From Candidatus Daviesbacteria bacterium (GTDB lineage Bacteria; Patescibacteriota; Microgenomatia; Daviesbacterales; UBA10151): 64,000 bases of DNA. The translations under genes and the position numbers were made by a program. The notes under the pieces are model-generated. The model searched no databases, was not told the origin of the DNA, and worked only from the letters and a program-made list of their open reading frames with translations. Positions 24,810 through 34,967 of the stretch are shown here, piece after piece. Location of the stretch: assembly GCA_016198275.1 (NCBI GenBank), contig JACQIX010000038.1:2340-66339 (forward strand), written 5' to 3'. The first letter of the stretch is position 1, and each line of letters opens with the position of its first letter.

Positions 24810-26648
24810 ATGAACAATCTATACCAATCGTTGCTCATTTTGCAAACATTTTATCTCAAAATGAGCTTACGAATGGTTATACCCGTAGCAAAGTCATTTG
24901 CAAGTGGTATATCAAAGATTAACACTGTAGCGCAACTTCGAACCTCTTTTACCCAAATTAATCAAAATGGTTTTGCCCATATTCTTACTCTTTTATTTGT
25001 CTTGCTGGGAATCGCTGCTGGAGTTTATTTAGTAAATAACAGAACAACTTTTTTACCAAAAGCGAATGTAGGCTCAGGCAGCGAATATGACGCAGTCGGT
25101 AAATTTACTGCTATACATTCTGACTTTTTTAATCAGAAAAAGAGCCGTGATTTATATCTTTTTGCCCCTGATAATAACCCCACATCTACTTTAATCATCG
25201 ATAGTGGCAATAAACGAATACCAATAGCCGGAGGAAGCAGGATCAGGATAAAGGGAGTCTTAAAAGACGGCAAGATCACAGCGAAAGCCCGCTCTTCAGA
25301 CTTTATAAACATCTTAGAGGATACAGGCAAAAAAGAAGCTTTGGGCGAGATAAAGGTGGGAATAATAAAAGTAAATATTAAAAAAGGAGGGCTAAGGACT
25401 AATCCTGCAAAGATGCCTTCGGATGCTATTTTAAATTCCATAATGGGCAGTGAGGGAGTTGTTAGCAAAGACTATTTCAAAGAAAATTCTTATGGAAAAC
25501 TCCAATTTAACGCTGAGATTATCAAAAATATTGACCTGGAAGATACTCCGGCAGTTGATATTCCAGATGACTTGAAATTTTGCAAATTTCCTAGCATTAT
25601 CACCAATGAGATTGAGAGACAAATTGATAGTAATAAACTTTCCCAATTTACTCACTTAATGTTTATCATTCCAATTGCAGATTTATTTGATTGCCCGAAT
25701 GGAGTTGGAACTATTTTTGCCTCCCTGGATGGTAAGCATCGAACATGGATGCTTACAAACCTTAATAATATTAGTCTTTATGCCCACGAGCTGGGGCATA
25801 ATTTGGGTTTAGGCCACTCTGGAATGATCTCTTGCAGACTAAATGCTCCAAGAGATTATGATAACTGCTTTTTTAACCAATACGGAGAGACTTACAGCGC
25901 CATGGGATATTTATCTTTCGATGAGGATTTGGTCTACCACTATAACGCTTTACAAAAATCAGCACTTGGGTGGCTCAAGAGTGGAGATTCAAAAGGAGTA
26001 GTTGAATTGGATGAGATAGTTAATGAAAAAACTTATAAAATAGCTCCCCTGGAATATCCAGGTAAAGACCAATTGAAACTGGTAAAAATACGTTTAGAGA
26101 GATTTCAAAACCCTCCTTGGGGGAGGGTTTTTGACGAAGAATATCCCTATGTCCTTATTCCGGATATTTTCAAACAAACTGAATACATTTATATTTCTTA
26201 TCGAAGACCAGTGGGATTTGACTCAAGATTGCCACCTGAAATTACTAACGGTGTCAGTATCCATACCTGGACAGGTATCCCATACTACATAACCACTCTT
26301 TGGAACTTACAGCCAGCCAGAGAAATTATCTTCCCTTCTCCGTCTGACGACTCTACACCCCCACCTACACCTACACCTACACCTACACCTACACCTACAC
26401 CTACACCTACACCTACACCTACACCTACTACAAATAATAGCAGGTATTTGTACGGAGGACCGGAAGAAAACTACTTTTATACGGTCAGCCTATGCGATAA
26501 AATAGCTGATTTAGCCTGTAATAAAGACAAGCACCAATTCTTTGGCAGTAAAATTGTGATTGAACAGATAAGCCATGACGCTGACTTTGCAGAAGTTAAG
26601 ATTTATCCTGAAAAGATACCAGTTTTGCCACCCGCTAATACCTACTGA
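24810..26648 (+). CDS. Secreted zinc metalloprotease-like protein with a Pro-Thr linker
   Basis: YAHELGHNLGLGHSG is an extended HExxHxxGxxH zincin motif. It has a TM or signal segment and a (PT)n linker. The start at 24810 avoids the divergent gene. Confidence 0.7.
   Translation: MNNLYQSLLILQTFYLKMSLRMVIPVAKSFASGISKINTVAQLRTSFTQINQNGFAHILTLLFVLLGIAAGVYLVNNRTTFLPKANVGSGSEYDAVGKFTAIHSDFFNQKKSRDLYLFAPDNNPTSTLIIDSGNKRIPIAGGSRIRIKGVLKDGKITAKARSSDFINILEDTGKKEALGEIKVGIIKVNIKKGGLRTNPAKMPSDAILNSIMGSEGVVSKDYFKENSYGKLQFNAEIIKNIDLEDTPAVDIPDDLKFCKFPSIITNEIERQIDSNKLSQFTHLMFIIPIADLFDCPNGVGTIFASLDGKHRTWMLTNLNNISLYAHELGHNLGLGHSGMISCRLNAPRDYDNCFFNQYGETYSAMGYLSFDEDLVYHYNALQKSALGWLKSGDSKGVVELDEIVNEKTYKIAPLEYPGKDQLKLVKIRLERFQNPPWGRVFDEEYPYVLIPDIFKQTEYIYISYRRPVGFDSRLPPEITNGVSIHTWTGIPYYITTLWNLQPAREIIFPSPSDDSTPPPTPTPTPTPTPTPTPTPTPTPTTNNSRYLYGGPEENYFYTVSLCDKIADLACNKDKHQFFGSKIVIEQISHDADFAEVKIYPEKIPVLPPANTY
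26358..26430 (+). repeat. Tandem hexanucleotide repeat (cctaca, about 11 copies) encoding (PT)n
   Basis: The run reads ccacctacacctacacctacacc... and lies inside the metalloprotease ORF. Confidence 0.9.
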
Positions 26649-26655
26649 TAACTTT

Positions 26656-27186
26656 ATGCAAACAATTACTTTGGCTGGAGGTTGCTTTTGGTGCACAGAA
26701 GCTATTTTTAAAAGACTTAAGGGAGTTAAATCTGTGGTATCCGGATACGCGGGAGGAGATGTGGAAAACCCCACCTATCAAGCTGTTTCATCCGGCACAA
26801 CCGGCCATGCGGAAGCAATCCAAATCAAATTTGACCCCAAGATTATTCCTTTGGAAAAAATATTAGACATCTTTTGGCATTTAATTAATCCTACCAGCTT
26901 AAATAAACAGGGGGCAGACATTGGGACGCAGTACCGTTCTGTTATTTTTTATCAAAACAATGATCAGAAAAAAATTGCCGAAGCATCCAGGAAAAAAATT
27001 GAACAATCAGGATTATATACTGACCCAATTGTAACTAAAATTGAGCAATTCAAAAATTTCTATCCTGCAGAAAGCTACCATCAGAATTATTATGAAAGAA
27101 ATTACTCTCAATCCTATTGCCAGTTAATCATCAGTCCCAAGATAGAAAAACTAATTAAACAATTTGGGGAAAGTGTCAAAAATTAG
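26656..27186 (+). CDS. msrA: Peptide-methionine (S)-S-oxide reductase
   Basis: MQTITLAGGCFWCTEAIF carries the GCFWC motif, and HAEAIQIKFDP follows. The start is Met28 of the tracked ORF. Confidence 0.9.
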   Translation: MQTITLAGGCFWCTEAIFKRLKGVKSVVSGYAGGDVENPTYQAVSSGTTGHAEAIQIKFDPKIIPLEKILDIFWHLINPTSLNKQGADIGTQYRSVIFYQNNDQKKIAEASRKKIEQSGLYTDPIVTKIEQFKNFYPAESYHQNYYERNYSQSYCQLIISPKIEKLIKQFGESVKN

Positions 27187-27410
27187 ATGCCCGCTACTAA
27201 CTTTTCTTTGGCTAATTTTGCTTCAGCTTTCTTTTTAATTAAGAGAGCGCTTTTTTCTTTACGTTCAGCTGTAACTTGATCGACTATTTTTTGGCAACCG
27301 GCATCAGGACAGATGGTTAAGGTATAGGTAACTGTAGAACTGCCAATTTTCCCCTTCCAGGTTTTACCATCAAGTCTTTGTTTTCCGCACCTAATACAAG
27401 GGTTACTCAT
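27183..27410 (-). CDS. Small zinc-ribbon protein, hypothetical
   Basis: It has two Cys pairs, CIRC and CPDAGC, and a lysine-rich tail. Confidence 0.5.
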   Translation of the reverse strand: MSNPCIRCGKQRLDGKTWKGKIGSSTVTYTLTICPDAGCQKIVDQVTAERKEKSALLIKKKAEAKLAKEKLVAGI

Positions 27411-27479
27411 AAATGAAGTCGTGCATAGTATAGCAGAACTTGCTGACTAAAACAATAACGTGTTACCAGGTTTTTCCAG

Positions 27480-27749
27480 TTAAGAAAATGATTTTCTGAC
27501 AATTCCTCCTACCTCACTACCAATTTCATCAGCTGCCTTTAAAATTCCCATTACGGCACCTTTTGCAAGTTCTCCTGAATCTGCACCAATATCCCCTGCT
27601 GCTTGGATTGCTCCCTCAACAGCAGATATAGCCACTTCTCCTACAACTTGGTCAACTGTTTGAAGACCGCTGCTTGCTACATCTCCTGTTCCCTGAAGAA
27701 GTTTGACAACATTTTCCCGAGCTACATTTTGAACAAAGGTATAATTCAT
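27480..27749 (-). CDS. Truncated paralog of the Gly/Ala/Val-rich repeat protein at 33192..33752
   Basis: VARENVVKLLQGTGDVASSGLQTVD and GEVAISAVEGAIQAAGDIGADSGELAKGAVMGILKAADEIGSEVGGIVRK are near-identical to segments of the 186-aa protein. Confidence 0.55.
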   Translation of the reverse strand: MNYTFVQNVARENVVKLLQGTGDVASSGLQTVDQVVGEVAISAVEGAIQAAGDIGADSGELAKGAVMGILKAADEIGSEVGGIVRKSFS

Positions 27750-27973
27750 GAAGACTACACTGGGTTAGCTGATACTACCAGGGCAGAAGGAGCTAGAAAT
27801 GCAGCTACAATCCTTGGAAAGAAAGAAGGGCAATTATTAAATCAGGAGGACATAAACCCGAAATGTTAGTAAGGGTCTTAACGCATACTTTAACTGATGT
27901 TTTTGGAGCTAGCCAAGAAGAAATAACCGAAGTATTTTCTCATCATAAAGGAAGAAGATATTAAGAAAAATTT

Positions 27974-29293
27974 TTACTTCCCTGCAAGATAATCTTTATT
28001 AATTTCCGAGGCAGTGCGTGCTATTCTGGAAAGTCTTAGTTCATCGACAATACCGTTGAAGAATCTGTTATCCAAAACCTTTTGGTTTGGTGAATTATTA
28101 ATGCTTGAAGAATCTTGATTGAGTGGTGAAATTCCTACCATCACTTGTGCGGCGTCTCGTATGGTAACGGGGGTTTGACCTTGAGAAACTAATTTGCCAT
28201 TTAGATAGAGTTTCATGTCGGTATTTGGTCCATTTTGTGTCGCGGCAATATGAAAGAATTCAGACGTGTTTAATTGACTATACGCAACACCAATACTGCT
28301 TGCACCATTGTCTCCTGCAACAGTGAATTTCAATTGTCCCTCATCGAGCAAAAGTTCAAGTCCCTTACGATTTAAGGATTTTGAAATAATTACCTGACCA
28401 TCACTCAGTGAATCAAATTTTACCCACATCTCTATTGTTTTGATATTTTCCACAACGTCAACTGGGCCAAAATCAATATAGTTACCCTCAGAAGAGACAA
28501 CCCCACTATTCCTTATTATTTGTGCTCTCCCAAATTTTCCAATTACAGAATTTGTACCAACTGGCGTACCCGGATAGATTCCATTAGGCGCACCTGCTAC
28601 CGGTGTGCTGTTGCACGAATTTACCAAAGCAGCAGATTTGGTGGCTTCTTCAAATTTCCATAATGCTATTGTTTGGCTATCGCAGCCAACAGATTCTTGC
28701 GCTGATTTTGTCCGACCCATAGAGGCTGGAGCAGGGTTACAACGAATAGTCGCCTTTTGAACAGCGCTTTCATTTATAGTTGTCCCTCCAAAGTTTTTTA
28801 ATTTCCAATAAATATCTTTGCCACAGACATATCGATCCCACTGTAAAATCGATTCTACAACTATTGGGCTTACCAAAGATCCCTGATCTATGCCGGGGGC
28901 AACATCTAGTTGAAAAGTAGGATCGGTGGACATAACAACATCGTATTCAACCGAACTACCATCATAGCTAAATTGGAATATGGCCTTGTCGGAAAACAGA
29001 TTTGCAGAAAGGTCGCTAAACACACCCGTTTTTTGTGGCAAACTTCTTACAACTGGTGGTGGGGAACTTGGATTAGTTCCAACAGATGGCGGATTATTTG
29101 CCTGCTTAAATTCAACAGCTGGTAGGGTTGACACGCCTAGAATTCGATAGCTAATAAACCCAAGTAAAAGAAGAAAAACAGTAACACATATTATGAAGAT
29201 GAGCTTTTTCCAATTCTTTTTTCCATAAGAAGGCTTTAAAGGTTGCACAGGAGGAACTGCGGAAGCAATCGACTCTTGTGTTTGATCGTCCAT
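27974..29293 (-). CDS. Membrane-anchored LamG (concanavalin A-like) domain protein
   Basis: It has an N-terminal TM segment. The C-terminus FFNGIVDELRLSRIARTASEI is typical of LamG-like jellyroll domains. Confidence 0.65.
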   Translation of the reverse strand: MDDQTQESIASAVPPVQPLKPSYGKKNWKKLIFIICVTVFLLLLGFISYRILGVSTLPAVEFKQANNPPSVGTNPSSPPPVVRSLPQKTGVFSDLSANLFSDKAIFQFSYDGSSVEYDVVMSTDPTFQLDVAPGIDQGSLVSPIVVESILQWDRYVCGKDIYWKLKNFGGTTINESAVQKATIRCNPAPASMGRTKSAQESVGCDSQTIALWKFEEATKSAALVNSCNSTPVAGAPNGIYPGTPVGTNSVIGKFGRAQIIRNSGVVSSEGNYIDFGPVDVVENIKTIEMWVKFDSLSDGQVIISKSLNRKGLELLLDEGQLKFTVAGDNGASSIGVAYSQLNTSEFFHIAATQNGPNTDMKLYLNGKLVSQGQTPVTIRDAAQVMVGISPLNQDSSSINNSPNQKVLDNRFFNGIVDELRLSRIARTASEINKDYLAGK

Positions 29294-29376
29294 TCACTCA
29301 AGTATTTCATATATTAAAAGGTAAATCAAATTGCAAATATTTTCAACTAAAAAAGGCTTAATGAAGACGGGGCTTT

Positions 29377-30201
29377 TTAAGAACTCTTAACTATTATATT
29401 TGTCAAAGAAAAAATTATCAAAGTAACTAAAACAATCGCTCCTCCTGCTGCCAAATTTAGGTAATAAGAGGCAAATATACCAACAATCACGGAAAATAAG
29501 GAGATTATTTCTGCAAAGATTATGGTGGTCAAAAAACCCTTTTTCAATTGTAGGGCTGCAGTAACAGGGATGACCATCAAACCTGAAATAAGCAAAACTC
29601 CCACAATTCTTAAAGAAATTGCAATGGTGGTGGCAGTCAGGATAATAAGGAGTGAATTAATAAATTTTGTCGGAACTCCTGATACCCGGGCTGTTTCTTC
29701 ATCAAACGAAATATAGACTAATTCTTTGTAGAAAAGGACTATCAACCCGATTACTGCAATTCCTAAAATGGAAATAGTTCCCAAATCAGATGCTTGTACA
29801 GTGGTAATGCTGCCGAAAAGATAGCCGAATAAATCTGCATTAAATCCCCGGGCAAGGCTTATTAAAACAATTGCCAGCGCCAAACTGCCGGAAAGAAACA
29901 ATGCTAAGGCTGATTCTCCATATACTCTTTTTGTCTCCCGCAGCTTTTCAATAGCGATGGAAGAAATAATAGTAGTAATCAAAGCAGTAATAAAAGGGTT
30001 TATTTTGGTAATTAGGCCAATTGCCACCCCTGCCAGCGAAACATGAGCCAAAGTATCAGCCATCAGTGAATAACGGCGAAGAACCAGAAAAATACCAATC
30101 AGAGGACAAATCAGCCCGACAATTAGTCCTGCCTGAAGGGCCCTAACCATAAAAGAATATTGAAAAATTTCTAGCATATTAATATTAAAAATGTTTGTCA
30201 A
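29377..30201 (-). CDS. Metal ABC transporter permease (ZnuB/TroD-like)
   Basis: It is polytopic and lies in an operon with the ATPase and the ZnuA-like binding protein. Confidence 0.75.
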   Translation of the reverse strand: MTNIFNINMLEIFQYSFMVRALQAGLIVGLICPLIGIFLVLRRYSLMADTLAHVSLAGVAIGLITKINPFITALITTIISSIAIEKLRETKRVYGESALALFLSGSLALAIVLISLARGFNADLFGYLFGSITTVQASDLGTISILGIAVIGLIVLFYKELVYISFDEETARVSGVPTKFINSLLIILTATTIAISLRIVGVLLISGLMVIPVTAALQLKKGFLTTIIFAEIISLFSVIVGIFASYYLNLAAGGAIVLVTLIIFSLTNIIVKSS

Positions 30202-30892
30202 TAAATTTTGTTTTCAGCAAATCAGCAGGGCGTCCATAGAATAATACTTTTTTGTTCATAAAGGCTACTTCCAAAACCCCGTGATGCAAAATTATATCCA
30301 TATCATGAGTAATCAGTACCAGTGTTAAGGCTAATTTTTTATTCAAAACCTCCAAAAGTGTAAAAAACTGATTTCTGGTTTCTATATCAACTCCAACTGT
30401 TGGCTCATCCAAAAAGATCACCTCTGGCTGGGAAACAAGCGCCCTGGCAATAAACACCCTTTGCTGCTGTCCCCCGGACAGATCACCAATCCGTCTCATA
30501 GCAAATTTTTGCATACCTACCTTCGCCAAAGCTTCCTCTGCTGCCTGCCAATCTTTCCCAGTTAAGGGTTTGAATAACCCCTTTTTCCCATACATTCCCA
30601 TTCCTACTACCTCTTTGGCAGTTGAGGGAAAGTTAGGGTCAAAATTAACCTTCTGAGGCACATAGCCAATACGATCTTGGTTAAGCAGTTTAATAGTACC
30701 TTTGGTAGGTTTAAGCAGACCAAGGATACATTTTAAAAGAGTGGTTTTACCGCCACCATTAGGCCCAACAATACCAAGATAGTCTCCTTTTTGAATTTGC
30801 AGGTTGATATTTTCTAAAACTTCCTCACTACCGTAGGCAAATGAGACATTATTTATTTCAATTATATTCTGGCTGTGATCGGCGTTTTGCAT
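30185..30892 (-). CDS. Metal ABC transporter ATP-binding protein (ZnuC-like)
   Basis: Walker A is GPNGGGKTT, the signature is LSGGQQQR, and Walker B is IFLDEP. Confidence 0.85.
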   Translation of the reverse strand: MQNADHSQNIIEINNVSFAYGSEEVLENINLQIQKGDYLGIVGPNGGGKTTLLKCILGLLKPTKGTIKLLNQDRIGYVPQKVNFDPNFPSTAKEVVGMGMYGKKGLFKPLTGKDWQAAEEALAKVGMQKFAMRRIGDLSGGQQQRVFIARALVSQPEVIFLDEPTVGVDIETRNQFFTLLEVLNKKLALTLVLITHDMDIILHHGVLEVAFMNKKVLFYGRPADLLKTKFIDKHF

Positions 30893-30899
30893 CAGGTCC

Positions 30900-31772
30900 T
30901 CATTGGCATTTTAAAGCTATTTTTAAATTTTGCAGATTTTCCTCCATGATTGTAAAGTAATTCTTTTTCCCATTTTTATGATCACTAATTCCTTCTATAG
31001 GATCAAGTACCAAAGTTTGTACCCCAATTTCTTTTGCGATTGTTTCTGCTAATTTTGGACTGACCAGGTTTTCAAAAAAAATATACTCTATATTATTTTC
31101 CCTGGCAAACTTGGTGACTTTAGCCATCTGTGCCGGAGACGGTTCTTCCTGGGGGGACAAGCCGGAAATTGGAACCTGGGTTAAATTGTATTCTCTTGCT
31201 AAGTATCCAAAGGCTGCATGGGAAGTAATAAAACTGTTCTGTTTACAGGAACTGAAACCTTGTTTGAATTTGTTATCCAGCTCAGTAAGTTTTCTCTTTA
31301 ATTCTTCTGCATTTGCCTCATAATAACTTCTGCTGCTAGAATCCATCTGTATATACCCTTGCAGTATTTTGTCTACTTGTGATTTTGCCAAAACAGGGCT
31401 AAGCCAGATGTGCGAATCTTTGCTTTGTTGATTTATCCCTGCTGAAGTATCTATAATAGGAATACTCTCTAACTCCTTTTTTAACTTATCAACCCAAGGT
31501 TCAAAACCCAAACCATTAACAATCAAAAGTTTACTTTCTAAGATACGGACAATATCTTGGGGGCTGGGATCATAATCATGAGGTTCAATGCCAGAGGGAG
31601 TAATATTAAAAACTTCTGCTTTACCTTTCCCTATTTCAGAGGCAAAGAAATAAAGAGGGTAAAAAGAAGCTGCAATTTGAATTTTTTGACTGGAAACTCT
31701 GGGAGTTTGGGCAACTTGATAGATTAAAGCAGCTATCAATAAAACCACAATCAAGATAATTTTGTTTCTCAT
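30900..31772 (-). CDS. Metal ABC transporter substrate-binding protein (ZnuA/TroA family)
   Basis: It has a signal anchor, FYPLYFF..EPHDYDPSP, and DSHIWLSP. Confidence 0.8.
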   Translation of the reverse strand: MRNKIILIVVLLIAALIYQVAQTPRVSSQKIQIAASFYPLYFFASEIGKGKAEVFNITPSGIEPHDYDPSPQDIVRILESKLLIVNGLGFEPWVDKLKKELESIPIIDTSAGINQQSKDSHIWLSPVLAKSQVDKILQGYIQMDSSSRSYYEANAEELKRKLTELDNKFKQGFSSCKQNSFITSHAAFGYLAREYNLTQVPISGLSPQEEPSPAQMAKVTKFARENNIEYIFFENLVSPKLAETIAKEIGVQTLVLDPIEGISDHKNGKKNYFTIMEENLQNLKIALKCQ

Positions 31773-31839
31773 CTTTGGAAACTATAAAATATTTGAAGCT
31801 AATAATCAACATAAAGCTTGTAAATGTTAAGATAAAGAT

Positions 31840-32412
31840 ATGGAAGAATTGGCTAATTTAAATACCCGCTGGAAGCACTGGCAGTTTAAGAATACCGCTT
31901 TACTCATTGTCAGCATGGTTATCTTTTTTCTTTTTGTTGGACATCCTGCTTTGCAAGATGCCATCAAATTGATTGGAAGTTTTGGCTATATTGGAGCTTT
32001 TGCTGTAGGAATATTGTTTGTTTCTCTTTTTACTGTAGCCCCCGCAGCAGTTGTTCTCTATTTTTTGGCAGATTACTTAAATCCCCTACTGATTGCATTA
32101 TTTGCCGGATTAGGGGCAGTTGTTGGTGATTATTTGATCTTGAAGTTTTTGAAAGATCGGGTATTTGAGGAGCTTAAACCTTTGGTTGTCAAAAATGGAG
32201 GTGATACCTTCCTAAAGTTATTTAAAACACCCCTATTTGGCTGGTTACTGCCTTTTGTAGGTGCGGTTATTATTGCTTCTCCTTTGCCAGATGAAATAGG
32301 AATCGGGCTACTTGGAGCATCAAAGTTAAAAAACTGGCAGTTTCTTATGCTATCTTTCCTTTTAAACTCAGTTGGGATATTTATGGTGATAATTGCATCC
32401 AGGTCTTTTTAA
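31840..32412 (+). CDS. Membrane protein, hypothetical
   Basis: The ORF encodes 190 aa with about 5 TM segments. Confidence 0.55.
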   Translation: MEELANLNTRWKHWQFKNTALLIVSMVIFFLFVGHPALQDAIKLIGSFGYIGAFAVGILFVSLFTVAPAAVVLYFLADYLNPLLIALFAGLGAVVGDYLILKFLKDRVFEELKPLVVKNGGDTFLKLFKTPLFGWLLPFVGAVIIASPLPDEIGIGLLGASKLKNWQFLMLSFLLNSVGIFMVIIASRSF

Positions 32413-32659
32413 TAATTATTAATTGTACCAAAACTCTCTTTCTTCATCTTCATTTTTAAACTTGGGTAATTTTAAGTGGTTTCTTCATACAAGTACGCCT
32501 TCCTTTTTGTTAATATTTCTTACTGAATATAATTCTAATTTTTCCCTTATACACTCAAAATAAGTTTTGTCAACGGTAAGACAAATCTCGTCTATCCTGA
32601 AAGTGATTTTTAGTACCAATTCAGGTATAATTTTCCTCCATAAGTAAAGAATGTACTAA

Positions 32660-33166
32660 ATGATTGAGAAATACTATCTTTTCAGACATGGTCATACCAA
32701 AGTAACAAATGAACAAGCCGAAACAAGTTTGCCAATCCATTATGATGAAACAAACCTTACTGCTCCTATTCTGTCTGAAGGCGTTCAAGTTTTAGAGAGA
32801 ATGGGAAGATTTTTAGGTCATGAGGATATTGATGGATGGTTTTCTTCTCCCCTGCTTCGCTGCAAGCAAACTTGTGAAGTAATCAGTGCAGTCACAGGAA
32901 AAAAATTTGAGTTTGCTGAAGGACTAGCAGAAGACGAAACACAAACTCTTGAGCAAAAAGAGCAAAGATTAACAGATTTCTTGGCAAGTTTAGCTGGAGT
33001 TAATTATCAAAGTGTGGCAATCTGCACTCATGGAACCAATCTTTCAATCTTGGTTAATCTGCTTAGTAAGGCTAAAAGGTTTACTGACCCATCAAAAGAA
33101 TTTCCTAAACCAGGAATAATCATAGTAATAATAGATGGTAATATAAACGAAGTTAACTTCAATTAA
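32660..33166 (+). CDS. Histidine phosphatase (phosphoglycerate mutase-like) family protein
   Basis: YLFRHGHT is the RHG motif, and a later CTHG is present. Confidence 0.65.
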   Translation: MIEKYYLFRHGHTKVTNEQAETSLPIHYDETNLTAPILSEGVQVLERMGRFLGHEDIDGWFSSPLLRCKQTCEVISAVTGKKFEFAEGLAEDETQTLEQKEQRLTDFLASLAGVNYQSVAICTHGTNLSILVNLLSKAKRFTDPSKEFPKPGIIIVIIDGNINEVNFN

Positions 33167-33191
33167 TCAAATTGGTGCAGACAAGTTACTT

Positions 33192-33752
33192 TCACTCTGT
33201 TCTACCAGTTAGAAGAGCATCAATAATATCATGAGGTAGGGCTGCTGCATTAAGAAGTGCTTTTCTAACAATACTGCCTACTTCTGATCCAATTTCATCT
33301 GCTGCTTTAAGGGTTCCCATGACAGCGCTTTTGGCAAGTTCTCCCGAATCTTCACCAATGTCACCCGCTGCTTTGATTGCTCCCTCAACAGAAGATATGG
33401 CTACTTCTCCTACATCTCCACCAACTTTGGAGGCTGTTTTAACAGCTTGTGAAGCTGCTTCTCCTGCTGCTTGGGTAACGTTTACTCCTGTTTCTTTTGC
33501 CCCATTAACCACACCTCTAACCAAACCTGCAGCCCCATCAGTTAAATTAACTCCTGTTTGGGATATGGTTTCCAAACCTTCACTTACAACATTATCAACT
33601 GTTTGAATACCTGAGGTAGCAACATCACCTGCACCTTGCAGAAGTTTAACAACATTTTCCCTTGCTACATCTTGGACAGTTGAGGCAACATCACCTACAC
33701 CTGAAACTAAAGAAGAAAGAGCATTTTTTAAATCATCAGTGAAATTTGGCAT
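33192..33752 (-). CDS. Gly/Ala/Val-rich internally repetitive protein, hypothetical
   Basis: It has repeated G(D/E)V(A/G)..V.. segments. A truncated paralog lies at 27480..27749. Confidence 0.6.
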   Translation of the reverse strand: MPNFTDDLKNALSSLVSGVGDVASTVQDVARENVVKLLQGAGDVATSGIQTVDNVVSEGLETISQTGVNLTDGAAGLVRGVVNGAKETGVNVTQAAGEAASQAVKTASKVGGDVGEVAISSVEGAIKAAGDIGEDSGELAKSAVMGTLKAADEIGSEVGSIVRKALLNAAALPHDIIDALLTGRTE

Positions 33753-33846
33753 TAATACTATACTATCATATTTGTAAAAAATCTGTCAACCCTCTACAGA
33801 CGCTTGAATTTTTTGTGTAATTATACAATAATAAAATAAATACATC

Positions 33847-34188
33847 ATGGAAGTAATCATTTTGGGCGTTATTGTAGGTCTGGGGATTGGCTATTTTGCT
33901 ACTCAAAATACTAATCTGATTAGTTTATACATTGGTCCTTACGCTATTCCAAATATCCCTCTTTATCTTGTAGTAATAAGCACCCTTCTTATAGGATTGC
34001 TTCTTGCTTGGATTTTTTATTTAGTCAACTCATTCTCTTCTAAAATTACTTTATACGGAAAAGAGAATAAAATTAAAGCAGACGAGAAAACTATTGCAGA
34101 GCTTACCAAAGAAATCCACAAACTCGAACTTGAGAATACCCGTTTGAGAGAAAAATCCGGAGAGGAAGAAGATGTCAAATCTTTATGA
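33847..34188 (+). CDS. LapA-domain (DUF1049-like) membrane protein
   Basis: It has two TM segments followed by a coiled coil (IAELTKEIHKLELENTRLREK). Confidence 0.55.
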   Translation: MEVIILGVIVGLGIGYFATQNTNLISLYIGPYAIPNIPLYLVVISTLLIGLLLAWIFYLVNSFSSKITLYGKENKIKADEKTIAELTKEIHKLELENTRLREKSGEEEDVKSL

Positions 34189-34646
34189 CCAGTCTTTTGG
34201 CAAAACTGTGGCGATTGCTTAAACTCCCCAAAAATATTCAGCTTAATATCATGAGACTGACCCAAGATCAATTCCTAGTTGGAACAACAGGGATTATCTT
34301 CAATAACAAAAATGAGGTTCTGCTATTTAAGCATACTTATAGACAAAATCAGTGGAGCTTGCCTGGTGGTTATATGAAAGCAACAGAACACCCTTCTGAA
34401 GGTCTAGACAGGGAGATAGAGGAAGAGTCTGGACTCATTGTAAGCATTGATAAGGAAATGAAAATCAGGGCAGACAGGGAAACAGCAAGATTGGATATTA
34501 CATACATTGGTACTTATATTGGTGGCAGGTTTACACCCAGCAGTGAAGTGTCCGATGCCAGATTTTTCTCTTTTGAGAATTTACCCATTTTGCCTAAAAA
34601 TCAGCTACTTATGATCAAGGAGGCTCTGCAGATAAAAGTCACCTAA
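34185..34646 (+). CDS. NUDIX hydrolase
   Basis: The Nudix box reads GGYMKATEHPSEGLDREIEEESGL. The true start may be the internal Met at 34251. Confidence 0.75.
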   Translation: MTSLLAKLWRLLKLPKNIQLNIMRLTQDQFLVGTTGIIFNNKNEVLLFKHTYRQNQWSLPGGYMKATEHPSEGLDREIEEESGLIVSIDKEMKIRADRETARLDITYIGTYIGGRFTPSSEVSDARFFSFENLPILPKNQLLMIKEALQIKVT

Positions 34647-34652
34647 AATGTG

Positions 34653-34967
34653 TCATCTGAACCCAACTAGATATAGTACCAAACCTACAATTATAGCAAT
34701 AACTAACATTGAAGAAAGTCCTCCAAAAGCTAATATCCCCAAAACTGATAGTATCCATAAAATAAGAAAAACGCCAGCTACTTCTCTAAAAGGAGAAGGT
34801 AATACCCCAATTATTGATGAAATAACAAGCAGAATCAGAATATTCCATAAAGTAATTGGTTGACCATTAATGTTAAATAAAACTAAATCAGGAATGGGAA
34901 AAGCATCAACTCTTAAATACCCTGCAAACCAAAGGATGATCAAAATGACAAGTAAAGCTTCAAGCAT
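34653..34967 (-). CDS. Small polytopic membrane protein, hypothetical
   Basis: It encodes 104 aa and is almost entirely hydrophobic. Confidence 0.5.
   Translation of the reverse strand: MLEALLVILIILWFAGYLRVDAFPIPDLVLFNINGQPITLWNILILLVISSIIGVLPSPFREVAGVFLILWILSVLGILAFGGLSSMLVIAIIVGLVLYLVGFR

Noticed and set aside
26358-26430. Possible CRISPR or other spacer-repeat array (tandem cctaca, and the TGTTAAC array at 42240..42320)
   Set aside because: The units are 6-7 nt with no unique spacers. The first is an in-frame (PT)n linker and the second is an operator-like array. No CRISPR repeats or cas genes are seen anywhere in the window.
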